From: Mobula hypostoma
Taxonomy: Eukaryota
Assembly: GCF_963921235.1 (NCBI RefSeq)
Contig: NC_086097.1
Location: 145,950,001 to 146,014,000, forward strand
Reading direction: 5' to 3'
Length of the DNA stretch: 64,000 bases
Under the pieces are notes generated by a model. It did not search any database. It had not been told where the DNA came from and saw only the letters and a list, made by a program, of their open reading frames with translations. Both the position numbers and the translations under genes were made by a program. Positions 37,764 through 50,290 of the stretch are shown here, in pieces (within the stretch, counting starts at the first letter, position 1; each line of letters begins with the position of its first letter).

Positions 37764-40700
37764 GTTGGATGATCAGCCATGATCATAATAAATGGCGGTG
37801 CAGGTTCGAAGGGCCGAATGGCCTACTCCTGCACCTATTTTCTATGTTTCTATGTTTCTATAACAGTTGCGGTACCTGGCCAAATACTAAAGATCTGTAC
37901 TGATCAACTGGTTGAAATATTCACAAAGATCCTTAACCTCTCGCTTTGGCAGTCTGAGGTGTCCACCTACTTCAAGCAGGCTTCAAATATACTGTTGCTT
38001 AAGAAGATCGCAGTATCTTGCCTCCATGAGTATCATCCAGTAGCATTTACATCCACAGTGATGAAGTATTTTAAAAAGTTGGTGATGAAACATATCAACT
38101 CCTGCCTGAGAAGTAACTTAAATCTGCTCCAATTTGCCTACCAGAGCAATAGGTCCACAGCAGATGCCATCTCATTGACTGTTCACTCAACCCTGGAACA
38201 TCTGGACAGTAAAGATGTATACACCAGGATGCTCTTTATCAACTACAGCTCAGTATTCACTATCATCATTCCCTTAAAACTAATCATTAAGCTTCAAGAC
38301 CTTGGCCTCAATAGCTCCTTGTGCAATTGGATCCTTGATTTCTTCACTTGCGGACTGCTGTCAGTTTGAATCGCCAACGACATCTCCTCCACTATCTCCA
38401 TTATCACAGGGGCACCACAAGGCTGTGAGCTTAGACCCCAGCTCTTCTTGCTTTACACTTATGACTGTGTGGCTAAGCATGGCTTCAATGCCATATTCAA
38501 GTTTACTGACATCACTGTAGGCTGAATCAAAGGTGGTGATGAATCATCATACAGGAGGGAGACTGAAAATCTGGCTGAGTGGTGCCATAACAAGAAGCTC
38601 TCATTCAATGTCATCAAGACTAAAGAGCTGATTGATCTGTCTTGGGCTCAGCACATAAGTGCAGTTATGAAGAAAGCATGGCAGCACCTTTCCTTCTTTA
38701 GGAGTTTGAAAAGATTTAGCATGATATCTAAAACTTTTCCAGACTTCTATAGATATGTAGTAGAGTTTATATTGACTGGCTGCATCAGAGCCAAGAATGG
38801 AAGCACCAATGCCGTTGAATGAAAAGCCTACAAAAAGTAGTGGATATGGCCCAGTCCATCATGAATGAAGCCCTCCCCACCACTAAGCACATCTACATAA
38901 AGTGTTGTTGCAGGAAAGTAGCATACATCATCATGGATCCCCACCATGCAGACCATGCTCTCTTGTTACTGCTGGCACCAGGACAAAAGTACATGAGCCT
39001 CAGGATTCACACCACCAGGTTCAGAAATAGTTATTACCCCTCAACCATCAGGCTTTTGAACCGAAGGGGATAACTTCACTCAACTTCACTTGCCCCATCA
39101 CTGACAAGTTCCCACAACCTAAAGACTCACTTTCAAGAATTCATCTCATGTTCTCAATATTTATTGCTTATTAATTTATTATTATTATTATTATTTCTTT
39201 TTGTATTTACACAGTTTGTTGTCTTTGCACATTGGTTGAAAGCCCAAGTTGGTGCAGTCTTTCATTGATTCTATTATGGCTATTATTCTGTTATGGGTTT
39301 ATTGTGTATGCCTGCATGAAAGTGAATTTCAGGATTGTATATGGTGCAATATGTGTACTTTGATAATAAATTTCCTTTGAACTTTGAAGGAAGTATTTGA
39401 GTTTTCGAAGAATTTATCAGTTTCGAAAAGGGCATAAAAGTGTCTTAGGCAGTTTTTCTTTGAAAGCTATCTGACTTTTTTTATGCAACAGCAAGCATTC
39501 AAAGTGTTCTTTACTCTCAATACAAAATTTTTGAAATAGTTGAGAATTGAAAGCATGGGACATCATTTTATTCGCCACAGTGTTAATAGTATTTAATGAT
39601 TTGTGCAGCCAATCACTTAGGTTTTTTTTGTGACAAGATGTCTGTGAATTGCACAGTGAGTGGTAAATATGTTAGGTACAGCTTTTTAAAAAGAAAGTAA
39701 TGACTCCATGGTGGCATCCTGTCATCGATGGTGCCCTCCCCCCCCCGTTGGACAAGCGAGAATGTTGGTAAGCAGAATGTCCTGACACCCCATCCTATAT
39801 GTTTCTAGTCTCCTTGCGAATAACAACTCTTGAACCATGCTTTCATCTTTTATAAAGCAAACAAAACCAAGAAACAAAGATTTGTTGCCTTGCAAGTTGA
39901 CTCATCCAGCCGCAGAGCAAATTCTGTTATCCTAGATACATTGCAGAATGTGCTTTCCACATTCTTAGACATTTCATCTATTCGTCTTTGAACAGAATTG
40001 TCGCTGTGTGAAATGGCTTTAATTATTTGATCTAGTGGTCTATGCAAAACTGTACTCAGAGCCTCCCTTACTGCTAACAGAGTAAGTTCTTCTCCAATTG
40101 TATGGGGTTTTCCAGATTTAGCAATGAACAATGAAATGTTTTATGAAGCACACAAACTATCAACACCTTGTTGTAAAGTGTTGGCAAACATGTATTGGAG
40201 TGTTTTTCATTTCAGAAAGTTGTCATGAAGTGACTGAAAATAAGCCAAGTTCTTGTTTGCTTTATCAGAGTGTCTTCTCTTCAAATGTTATAAGAACCTG
40301 GGTGGTTTCATTACCTCATCTGAAAAAGAAAACTTGTTCACACAAGAGACACATTGGCTGCTGTTGGTTGCTTGGTACTGGTGTAAATCCATATTTCAGG
40401 TACTCCACACTGTGCTATCTAAACTTCTTTTTCATTTGGTCTGCTTCTGCCATTTTCAATATGGATTAACAACCACAGTCAATTGCCTATTGTTTAAGTC
40501 CAACCTCAGGTGCTGCAATCTATAAAGAAAGATAGTGATGACATCATCATATCTGAAGCAAAACCTGACTCACCACCTGAGGGTACATACAGTGGGGCAG
40601 TGATACCTCGATTCAACCATGGGTTAGAGTAATGTGGTCAAGACCACTCAAAAAGACAAATTCTAAACTTTACCCCACTGAATGCCATGTCCTGATTCAC

Positions 40701-41160
40701 AGGAGTTGCGTCACTGTGTGATTAGGCTGTTGGAATCATACTAACTAACACTGTACTACAGTTGTGAACAGTCATAATGTGCAGGAAGGCCCAGAAATAA
40801 CATGATTTCTTCAGTCTAGATTTCCTATGATATGTCAAATACAGAAATGTCACATTGCTTTCCCACAACTATGATGCATTTCGAGTAAAATCTAAGAGAA
40901 TTGTGGGTTAGCAAGAGATGAGGTGATTGCATGATCAGTATAATCAATTATGACACACTGAGGATGTGATGTCAAGGCGATGAATGGGCTCTACGAAAAA
41001 ACTGGCTCCACCACAATAGCGGGTGTAGGTGTTCTATTAAGTGCTTCCAATTCTTCACACAAAGTCCCAAAATGTGAAAATACATATACAGTGAGGAAAG
41101 ACATAAAAAACTATATACAATATATATGCAGCAAACAGGAAAAAGAATGGCATATTAGTC

Positions 41161-41720
41161 TTCATGATGGCGCCAGCGAACAACACTACCAAGGGCGACA
41201 TCCCCAAGACAGGTTACAAGGCAACTCTTGTCACTTCTTTTACATCTTCTTTTTATTTTGGATGTGGTTCTGCAATTGTTGGAGCCTGTTATCTACATTC
41301 TAGCGATGCGCTTTTGGGCTGATCGGGCGGTCTGGCGCTTTGCCGTCTCCGAGAGGGTTCCATGAGGCTGCGAGCAAAGTGTATGGCCTGGAGGCCAGGA
41401 GGCCTGGATACAGGCTGCGAGTCCATGATCAACTTCATCCCTTGCTGATCTTATCAATTGAAGTACCTGTGTGTGATGGTCTCTCTCTCTCTTCTCACTC
41501 ACTGCTCCCGAGAAAAGGTCCTTGCATTCAAGTGATCTCTCTCTCTCTCCCTTGATGCTGTCAGAGGAAGGTGCAGGAGCAAGGTGTAATTGACACCATC
41601 TGTAGATTGGACACTATGATGTTCTCTGTTTTTTGGTCACCTCTTTTCTTTGTTGCTCCTTTGGGCAATTTCTGAATTGGGGCAGCCTGCAGATAATAAA
41701 CACTGAGCTGAACTGAAATA
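41161..41720 (+). mobile_element. Non-coding repeat with an ATGATGGCGCCAGCG head related to 54192-55225
   Basis: First ~140 nt are colinear with the minus-strand head starting at 55225. Confidence 0.5.
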
Positions 41721-41721
41721 T

Positions 41722-42707
41722 GCCTTTTTCCCAATAACCAACCACAATTTATTTTCATTAGTTCCTGACATACTAAACAACACAACACAGTTATGCAGTC
41801 CATTGCTTTCCTTGAACCTGATAGTATTGTATGTTTGTAGCACAGGGAACTATCTAGCGTGGAACAATGAAAAAGGCCTGTTTTATCAGTATTGTAGATA
41901 ACATCTGAAGAAAATTTTTGAAGCAAGGTGGGGAGTTTTGTATATTTCCATGTTTCTGGGCTTACAGCATCAGAACTACCCTCCTCACCATGTGCTTTCT
42001 TGAACTTAATTTGTCTAAATTTCCATCAAGACAACTAGCCATCTGTTGCTTTAAAATCTTTATCGCCCAGCTTCTTAGCTAGTTCCTCTGACTTTTTTAA
42101 AAAATTGGTCCACTGACATACACACCTCATCCAGTTACAATGGAAAACCAATGACTGAGGGTCTTTTCATCATGTGGATCCTTACCCTCACGCTTTCAGT
42201 TTTTGGAATGTCCCTCACATAATGCCTGTCTTTCTTGCACTTTATCCTGCTGATGCATCAAACGTGATTTAGAGATTTTGGCACTCCACTTATTTCTGCC
42301 AGCTGACGTTGCCTCAGTTGGGCAATGCCTCGTACATTGGTTCATTTGGGTAGTTTTTTGGCTAGTTTCAAATCTTTTCATGGCAAAAGTCTCAAAATAC
42401 CTTTAAAGTCAAATAAAACAAAGTTCCAATAATCACTGCTTTTAAATCAGCTTCTAATGACCGAAATAGGTATCATCACACAAGCATATGCAACTGTGGC
42501 AACTATTCGCTCTATGTACGGTGTAGTGTCAAACGGCCACACAGTGTATGTGACTGACTATCTCCTGCCCCAATTAAGTGGCATAAAGTCCCAAATAAAT
42601 GAAAAAAGTCCCTGCAATTTTTTTGTTTTGTTTTTGTTCTTTAAGAATTGTCCCAAATAAGCAGTTCCCCTGATTAACTGATGGTCTAGTTCACAGGAAT
42701 TCATTGT
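41722..42707 (-). mobile_element. Tigger/pogo (TIGD4/6-like) transposon 5' part
   Basis: DVIYNTDKTGLF..SGSRKAMDCITVLCC and MSGT..KLWLVIGK. The end at 42570-42707 is the reverse complement of 43616-43745. Confidence 0.8.
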
Positions 42708-42837
42708 ACTTCCACATACGCTGCTGTCATAACAATATGAATAATAATAAGGATACAAAAAGGCTTCAAAGAAAAATGAACTAGTGGAGTGACTAGGGAA
42801 AATAAAAATTGTGCAATCATAAGAAGAAACAGGAATC

Positions 42838-43400
42838 ATAATACGAGATTCTGCAAAAGCTGGAAATCCAGAGCAACAGACATAAAAGTCTGGAGAAATT
42901 CAGCAGGTCGGGCAGCATCTATGGAAATGAATAAGCGGTCAACGTTTTGGGCCAAGACAGGAAAGGAAGGGGGAAGATGCCAGAATAAAAGGTGGGGGGC
43001 ACTGGAAGGAGGACTAGCTAGAAGTTGATAGGTAAAGTTAGGAGGGTGGGAAAGGTAAAGGGTTGGAGAGGAAGGAATCTGATTAGAGTGGGAGAAAGAG
43101 AAGGAAGAGCACCAGGGGGAGGTGATAGGCAGGTGAGGAGAAGAGGTGAGAGGCCAAGTGGGAAATAGAAGAAAAGGGAAAAAGAAAAAATAAATTACCA
43201 GAAGGAGAAATTGATGTTCATGCCATTAGGTTGGAGGCTACCTAAACGGAATATGAGGCATTGCTCCTCCATTCTGAGAGTGAACTCATCATGGCCAAAG
43301 AGGATGCCATGAGCTGACATGTTGTACATGAAATGGGGATAGGAATTAAAATGGTTGGCCAACAAGAAATTCCGCTTTTGGTGGATGGAGCAGAGGTGCT
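42838..43400 (-). mobile_element. Older Penelope 3' fragment (end of GIY-YIG, UTR, pseudo-LTR with deleted hammerhead core)
   Basis: GAGAAATTGATGTTCATGCCATTAGGTTGGAGGCTACCTAAACGGAATAT matches 52620-52670. Confidence 0.85.
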
Positions 43401-43615
43401 GGCAAGTTTTTAATTAACTGGTGAAGGAATAGGAAATGTCGATGCTCAAATGAAGCTTGGTGTCCTTGCAGACATGTCACGGATAGCTAACCATGGGTAC
43501 AGCGGGAAATTAAAAGGGCAAATGACATGTTTGATTTCATTGCAAGAGAAGACAGGTAAAAGAGTAGGGACATTTACAACAATATTATGTGGCTTTGGTG
43601 AGGGTCCATACTTGT

Positions 43616-45270
43616 ACAGTGAATTCTGGTTAATTGGGCCATTGGTTAACAGAGGCAGCCATTTATTTGGTACAACTCTTAAAGAATAAAAATTGAGAAA
43701 ATTACCAGGATTCCTTTCATTTATTTGGGAGACTACGCTGCTTAATTTGGGCAGGAGACTGTTGCTGAACAGTTTCTGACTAGTGTCAGTCATGTGCACT
43801 TGCCTAGCGTTCAGACATTACACTGTGTTTTGAGCAGTTTTTAAATAGTGCCATTTGCATGTATTTGTGTTTAAAAAGCAGTGATGTTTGTCACTGATAG
43901 TTGGTGAGAAGTAAGCAGTAAGACAACACTGAACTGTTTTGCTCACTGTGGTTTCAAGCATTCAGGCTTGGAGAGGCCAGAAACCGATGAAAATGAACCA
44001 ATTTCACTACTTCAACAAGTTAGGACCTATGAAGAATTTGAAGGCATTGACAATTATCCTGAATGTTACAATGAAAATGAAGATTTGGAGAATGTAATTT
44101 TAGACAGCATTGTATGAAGACAGTCCACTATCTGCACTAGATGTCTGTGTTGATTTTATTCATGTACAGTACAGCCCAAAGAATGAAACATAGATAAATA
44201 GATAGATAGATAGGTAGATATACTTTATTAATCCCGAGGGAAATTTGGTTTCGTTACAGCCGCACCAACCAAGAATAGAGCGTAAATATAGCAATACAAA
44301 AAAACCCCAACAATCAAACAACAAAATGCAAACTATGCCAGATGGAAAATAAGTCCAGGACCAGTCTACTGGCTCAGGGTGTCTGACCCTCCACGGGAGG
44401 AGCTGCACGTTCGATGGCTACGGGCAGGAACGACCTCCCATGCCGCCAAGTGTTGTATCACAGTGGAATGTGGCCGAAGTCCAACAGTAAAAAGTTCAAT
44501 ATTCAGTCTGCAAACACGTTCCTCAATCGTAATATACCCTGGATTGCACCATCTGTTGTTAACCAGATCAGTAAGCACCCAACTCCTTCACGCTTACCGC
44601 TCTCAGTGCACTTCTGGTCAGCTGGAACGGTATTACCCACTGAACTCCTCTTCTCCAAAAGTCTCTGTTGTCTCGACCCCGTCCTCTTTCCTCAGCTTTG
44701 TGATCCCCCTCTGCATCTTCTGTGTGTTTTCCTCCGGATTTCAGCAGGGGTGTCCGCCGCTCTGTTCGCTAAGCCGGCCGGTATTTGCTGGTCCATGGAA
44801 TACACAATGCGACCTTGCTTCTGTCCCGCATGTTGGGATGTAACCATTTCCAGCGCTAAAGAAAACCCAATAAAACTCTCTCTACCAGCATGTTAGACGG
44901 GGTGCAGCTTCGACGTGTTACCGTGAGAAAAAAAATACAAAACATAACGTAAATTAAAAAGTAAGAAGAAGAAAGTAAGAATAGATTGGAACGGCTGTAC
45001 CAGGCTGCATGCACGACTGGCACATGCGCACTAAATTCCTTCATTGATAAGTAGGAGGAACAAACACACAGTCTTATAGCACTGCAGTCATATTGGTAGT
45101 TTTCTAACTTGTTCTGTATCTCATTTAAATACATAAATTGTTACTCAGTTTGTCTTTTTTATATCTTTTTAATCTATTGCCATGAAATTTCAGCTAATTG
45201 GGACAGCTGCTTAATAGGGCCAAAATGTACTGGTCCTGATGTGTCCAAATTAATAGAAATCCAACACACT
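43616..45270 (+). mobile_element. Internally deleted Tigger-type element of the same family, containing an insertion at 44190-45030
   Basis: TA|CAGTGAATTCTGGTTAATT left end; degenerate right end AATTAATAGAAATCCAAC. Confidence 0.65.
44190..45030 (-). mobile_element. Internally deleted Rex1/Babar-like LINE (5' region and start of endonuclease fused to 3' tail)
   Basis: LVNNRWCNPGYITIEERVCRLNIELFTVGLRP is followed after ~260 bp by a (TCTA)n tail; no RT between them. Confidence 0.7.
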
Positions 45271-46592
45271 TGCTATAGAGGGAGGGAAGTGACTGTTCAC
45301 TAGATCTGGTTTATCGCATGGTAGCTCTGTTAAGTATGGAGAGATAGTGTTGGCCAACCTGACTTAAGGGGCTGAATGGTTGACTTATACTCGTATTATG
45401 TTCTTAGTGATTCAGTCAACATTTTGCATATACTTGTTTCTATAACTGAGTTTGTTCTCTTTATTTTTCCAACTTACTTGCCTCATTTGTGTCTTTGGAA
45501 GTTCTTCATTTATTTTATTTATTCTTTTATGTAACTTTTCTGCAAAACCTAATCTGAATTTCTGATCGTGAATTTAATTCAAAACCTATGTCACTGTTAT
45601 TTGATATAGTGGCTTCCTGCTGTCAAGAATGCCAAGTTTCAGAGGCAAACTTCGAATTAAACACATTTCTCCTTTGCACAGATGAATCTGGACCACCTGG
45701 AACTTGGGCCACCTGAAGTGAAAATACAAACCACAATGTCTCTGTACAACAGGGTTGTGGAACATGCTGTAACACAAGCTGCTGTTTTGTGACATCCTCA
45801 TTTTTGACACCTCCCAGCAATTTCAAAATATAAACAAAAACACTTGAAAAGTAAGCTGAGAGCCCCTCTTCTATTAGATAGTTTAATCGTTTATGTCCGT
45901 TCTTAAGAGTTCATAGTTCTATTTCTTAAATGCCAGGCTTAATTTAGTGGCAGTATACTTAATTTAAAAAAGCTAATTTTAAGTTAAATTTATCCTTGAT
46001 CTTTGCTGGACAGTAAGAAAATGGTGGCTACTTTGAAGTCCTTATTTCAGATGTGATGTGAAAAGAATTTCATGCAGCTACCCAAAGCCAAGTAAAGAAT
46101 TCTTCTGGTGTCTGTCCTGCAATTTTACCTCAATCATCTATACCAATGCATATTAAAAGATCCCAAATCCTATAGCTAGCTGTGGAAAAATTTCCTTTTT
46201 GAATCATAGCACAGAAACACAGATCTTTTGGCCCACTGAATCCATAATATCAATCAAGCACCAGTTCCCTATCCAAATCTGGTCAGATTCACATCAGCTT
46301 TGCCCTCCCCACCCTTAGATTCTACCACTAACCTACACACTCAGAGGAATTTAGAATCCCAATTTGCATACCTTAGGGGTGTGAGAGGAAATTGAAGCAC
46401 CCGGAGAACACCCACACAGTCCCAGGTAGAATGAACAAATTCCACACGGATGAGACCAGGAGGTCAGGATTGAACCCAAGACTCAGGAGCTGCAAGGCAG
46501 CAGTTCTAGCAACTGAACTTGCTCAAAGCATTGACCTCAAAACCTTCTCAATCAGGAACAATGATGCAAAATCTAATTAATAAAGAGAAAAG

Positions 46593-46731
46593 CAACACAC
46601 ATCAAAGTTGCTGGTGAACGCAGCAGGCCAAGCAGCATCTGTAGGAAGAGGTGCAGTCGACGTTTCAGGCCGAGACCCTTTGATGTGTGTTGCTTGAATT
46701 TCCAGCATCTGCAGAATTCCTGTTGTTTGCG
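46593..46731. mobile_element. 139-bp Penelope pseudo-LTR insertion with 5' inversion
   Basis: 16-bp TSD TTAATAAAGAGAAAAG at 46577-46592 and 46732-46747; minus arm to 46680, plus arm 46678-46731. Confidence 0.9.
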
Positions 46732-48017
46732 TTAATAAAGAGAAAAGATCGATTCCCAACTCAGAGGAAAAATTAAAATGGGAAGAATTTACAATCTTCT
46801 TCAATCAGTTATTGAAATAGACGATGACTTTTGACCCTTCGTAATCAGCCTTCATCAAAGGGTCCAGTCTTTAACCAATTTTATCAACTTTATAAAATCA
46901 ATTAATGGCTGGTACCTGCTGTCAGTCAGGACTACAAGGATCAAACAATATCATAGCTGAAATCCTGAGGCTAAATGCTGCAATCATCCTCAGCTAAAAT
47001 ATTTTGGTTCAGCTGGAAGTTGAGCATTTACGAGAGAAAAATACCTTTTATGCTAAAAGTGACGGAGAAAAATTATTGTCCCACAGTGGAGGGTTAGGGT
47101 CCTGGTTGCATTACTATGAATAGTAGTAAAGAGAGAATAAAATTGCCACATTCAACATGGACTCAGCAGGCTTCCTTCCATGTAGTAATTATTCTGTGAT
47201 TCTATCTAACAACAGAGAAAATTTCCCAATGTGTCCTGCTCATAAATAGCTGGATAAATCCAATCATGTAAATTACAACCTTATTAACCTGCACACAATC
47301 ACCAGCAATCGAATGGAACAGTGCCATTAAGCAACACTTGCTGGCTGATAATGTACTCACCATCATTCAATTTGACCAGCTACGAGATTAAAGGCCAGCT
47401 TGCGAGGATGTATGGCCTACTCCTGCTGCTACTTTCTTGAATTCTAGTGTTCCTAAATTCCACCAGAAGCAGAAACAATAATCCTGATTTCAGGCTTGAT
47501 CCAAAGTTAAACACAGACTATGAAATTTAGTGGTAAAACTAAAGTGAAATCCTTGATCTGAAGGCAGATTCAACCAAGTGCAACAAGAAAAAGCCCTAAT
47601 AAATCTGGTTAGTAAGGATTAATGGTGGCTTGAGTCATACTTGGAAGCGTCCGGGGTCTTAAAACCAATCATATCAACAGTTTTTCTTCAGGGCCACCAA
47701 ATTGGCATAAATAATTCCAGCTGATTCATCAATTCTTTTCCATTAGAAGGTCAGAAATATGTTTGGTTGTTAATGTTTATTCATTCAGAATTCATTTGAA
47801 AATTTACCAGTACATGTTCATTTACATCAAGAGTTCAAAATATACAAGCAGATTGCTGGGCAAGTGTCATTCATGCCTGATAAGTGTCTGAAGATAACTG
47901 CTTCCAACAAGAAAGAAAATAAACTCCTCCCCACTATTTTTGAGGTCAGTGTTAGGCAGAACAAGTGAAATCCAAACCTCTTGAGAAGGTCAAAAGCTGG
48001 TCATTGTGTGTAACTAA

Positions 48018-48717
48018 AGGCTGATTTATACTTCTGCGTGGTAGCCTACGCCATAGCCTACGCAAGTGGCCTACGCTGTTGTGAGCATTTATACTTGTGT
48101 GTTGGTGTGTCTGCGTCGCTCTGCAATTCACGGCCAAAACGCCAGTTGGTGCTGGGGTTTCTATGCCACTGTGTTGAGTTTCTTCATGTTGAAACTCAAC
48201 ACGAAGAAACCCAAACTTTAAACAATGGTGACTGAAACTGAAGGAGGGTGAATCTTCTGTGGACTTCCGGCCACTGAGAGAGAGGGACGAGGAAATGCAC
48301 TTCAAATATTTTCGAATATTGGCAGGTAGATTTGACGATTTGGTTCATCGTCTCCAACTATTTATTTTGCATCAGTGTACACACAGTCTACTCAGAGACT
48401 GGCAATCACCATTCGAGTTTTAGCTTCAGGTGGAAGTCAACAGGTTGTAGCAGCTAGCTACAAACTGGCGTCAAGCACAGGGTCCTCCATAATTTTGGAG
48501 GTCTGTAAAGCTTTATGGAAAGCATTGCAGCCAGAGTTCCTTCCCTGCCCTTCAGTCGCCCAATGGGAAGCTATTGCAGCGCAGGAGGAAATGCGATGCT
48601 ACCAAGCGGACCAATCACAGTTGTTGCAGTCTCCGTTGCCGCGACGCGTAGTTACATTTTTGGGGAGTTGGGCATCAGGCCATGGCGTAGATTTGATGCA
48701 GAAGTATAAATTCGCCT
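48018..48717 (+). mobile_element. Non-autonomous PIF/Harbinger transposon (700 bp)
   Basis: TIRs AGGCTGATTTATACTTCTGC and GCAGAAGTATAAATTCGCCT; TAA TSD at 48015-48017 and 48718-48720. Nuclease N-terminal remnant HFKYFRI...FDDLV and [36 protein letters not shown]. Confidence 0.9.
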
Positions 48718-48761
48718 TAATTCACCACTGCATAGGCTAAACATACAGAGTGCATTAGTAC

Positions 48762-49180
48762 ACACTAGAGATTCTGTAGATGCTGCAAATCCAAAGTAAC
48801 ACACACAAAATGCTGGAGGAGCTCAACATGTCAGGCAGCATCTATGGAAAGGAATAAAGAGTCAATATTTTGGGTTAAAACCCTTCATCAGGACTAGGAA
48901 GGAAGGGGAAAGAAGCCAGAATAAGAAGGTAGGGATAGAGAGAAGGAGTACAAGCTGGAAGGTGATGGGTGAAGAGCGGTGGTGGGCAAGGTAGGTGGGT
49001 GGGGGGTTGGAGATGAAGTGAGAATCCGTGAGGTGATAGGTGGAAAAGGTAAAGGGCTGAAGAAGGAAGAATCTGATAAGAGAGGAGAGTAGGTCATGGG
49101 AAAAAGGGAAGGACGAGGGTCACCTAAACGAGATGATAGGCAGGAGAAGAGAAGAGAAGGGATAAGAGGGAGCCAGAGAG
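48762..49180 (-). mobile_element. Penelope pseudo-LTR/3'UTR fragment
   Basis: Minus strand AGTCCTGATGAAGGGTTTTAACCCAAAATATTGACT (~48860-48895) is a CpG-decayed hammerhead. Confidence 0.8.
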
Positions 49181-49699
49181 GATTAATGTGTAATTTTTCA
49201 AGTGGTAGAACGTGTAAGGAGCTACATAGGTGCACTATTAAGCATACAATTCATTCAACCATTCAAGGAATTACAATTTTAACACAAATTGCCTTGGTCA
49301 AAACCCTAATTTTTAATGTCTTAAAAGCACACTTTTTGAGCAAGATTACAGCATCTGCAGTCTCTTTTGTCTCCTAACTTTTATATCCTGTTTATATTGT
49401 GTTAATGAAATTAGAAAGCTTGAGAGGTTTAGAAAAGGCACTTCAGAGCATAGAGCTATTTCAGGGAGCAGCTAATGGCTAGCTATCACATAGCTGTTTG
49501 TTTGGGCAAGGATAGGAGATTTCCTTTATGGCAAGAATGTTAGTAAAATGTTGGATTTTTAAATTTCAATTGTTTTACTGTGACCCTTACACTGCTTGTA
49601 TATTTTAAAGTCCAAATTAACTGATTAACTGAATTTAAATTTCCAGCTGCCATGGTAGGATTTGAATTGTAGCCTTCAGACGTAGGGAACCTTTAGATG

Positions 49700-50290
49700 G
49701 CATCCTAAAGTGCAGGAGGTGTAAGACAATGGTGCCTTCTCAAAATCTGTGTCTTGACTTGACCTGAAAATCCTCTAAATCAATTGGCAGGACAGGCAAA
49801 TTTATATCAATGTTCTTTCTCTCTTAGACCAACCTTCCCTGCATTGAGTTTCTGATTATACTTAACTAGCTCGAGTCTGTGGACTAATGCATTTACTAAT
49901 GCATTTATACTCCTGTCTCCAGACTTCTGTAATAGATGCTTTAGTCCAGGACAAGAGATTTCCAGGAGGACAGAGAAATGGCATCAAGAGCATTCTCAAA
50001 GTCACTCTGAAAGCATATAACATTCACACTGATTCATGGGCATCTCCAGATTGTGGGTACAACCTAGGTTGTACTCACCATGGAGAGGAACATATGGGAA
50101 GGCACAGAAATGCACGTAGAGACCAATTCCAAAGTGCAGAAGCAGCACTCAAGCATCTAAAGCATCCCACCCAGCTGCTCCATCAAACACCACCTATTCT
50201 CACGGTGGCAGAATCTGCAATTTTCTCTTCCAGTATCTCCGAGCCACAGAAACAAATGATCCTTTACTCTGACAGAAGAGTAAAGAATAA
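49700..50290 (+). mobile_element. Ancient RTE-like LINE 3' remnant
   Basis: KRFPGGQRNGIKSILKVTLKAYNIHTDSW resembles the RTE C-terminal R..GGQ.KR.KD.LK..LK...I....WE. Confidence 0.5.

Larger units (their letters stand above)
34341..37860 (+). mobile_element. Young CR1 LINE, truncated within ORF1, ORF2 nearly complete
   Basis: ORF1 end, ORF2 (APE plus RT), 3'UTR and (TTTCTATG)n tail. Same subfamily as 1251-3667. Confidence 0.97.
33601..39388 (+). mobile_element. Rex1/Babar-like LINE (33601-34340 and 37861-39388) interrupted by CR1
   Basis: PDELNAFFACFD..DPLILVTEANV before the CR1; VPGQILKICTDQL..YHPVAFTSTVMKYF..QFAYQSNRSTADAI after it; tail TTTGAACTTTGAA. Confidence 0.88.
32030..40570 (-). 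mobile_element. Decayed hAT/Buster (ZBED8/SCAND3-like) transposon split by nested LINEs; transposase at ~39390-40460 and ~32030-32665
   Basis: IAKSGKPHTIGEELTLLAVRE..SDNSVQRRIDEMS..FALRLDEST (39850-40131); C-terminal IQIPHWVINPFL and QDFWLQK..HHPPLWDKVKMVFTAILISHLEECDFSAV (32244-32560). Confidence 0.8.

Noticed and set aside
35085..37786. Long antisense ORFs (258 aa, 230 aa; also 3204-3722 and 1716-1997)
   Set aside because: Shadow frames of CR1 ORF2 with no independent motifs.
48375..48740. HARBI1 host gene
   Set aside because: Lies between TIRs with a TAA TSD and lacks the DDE core.
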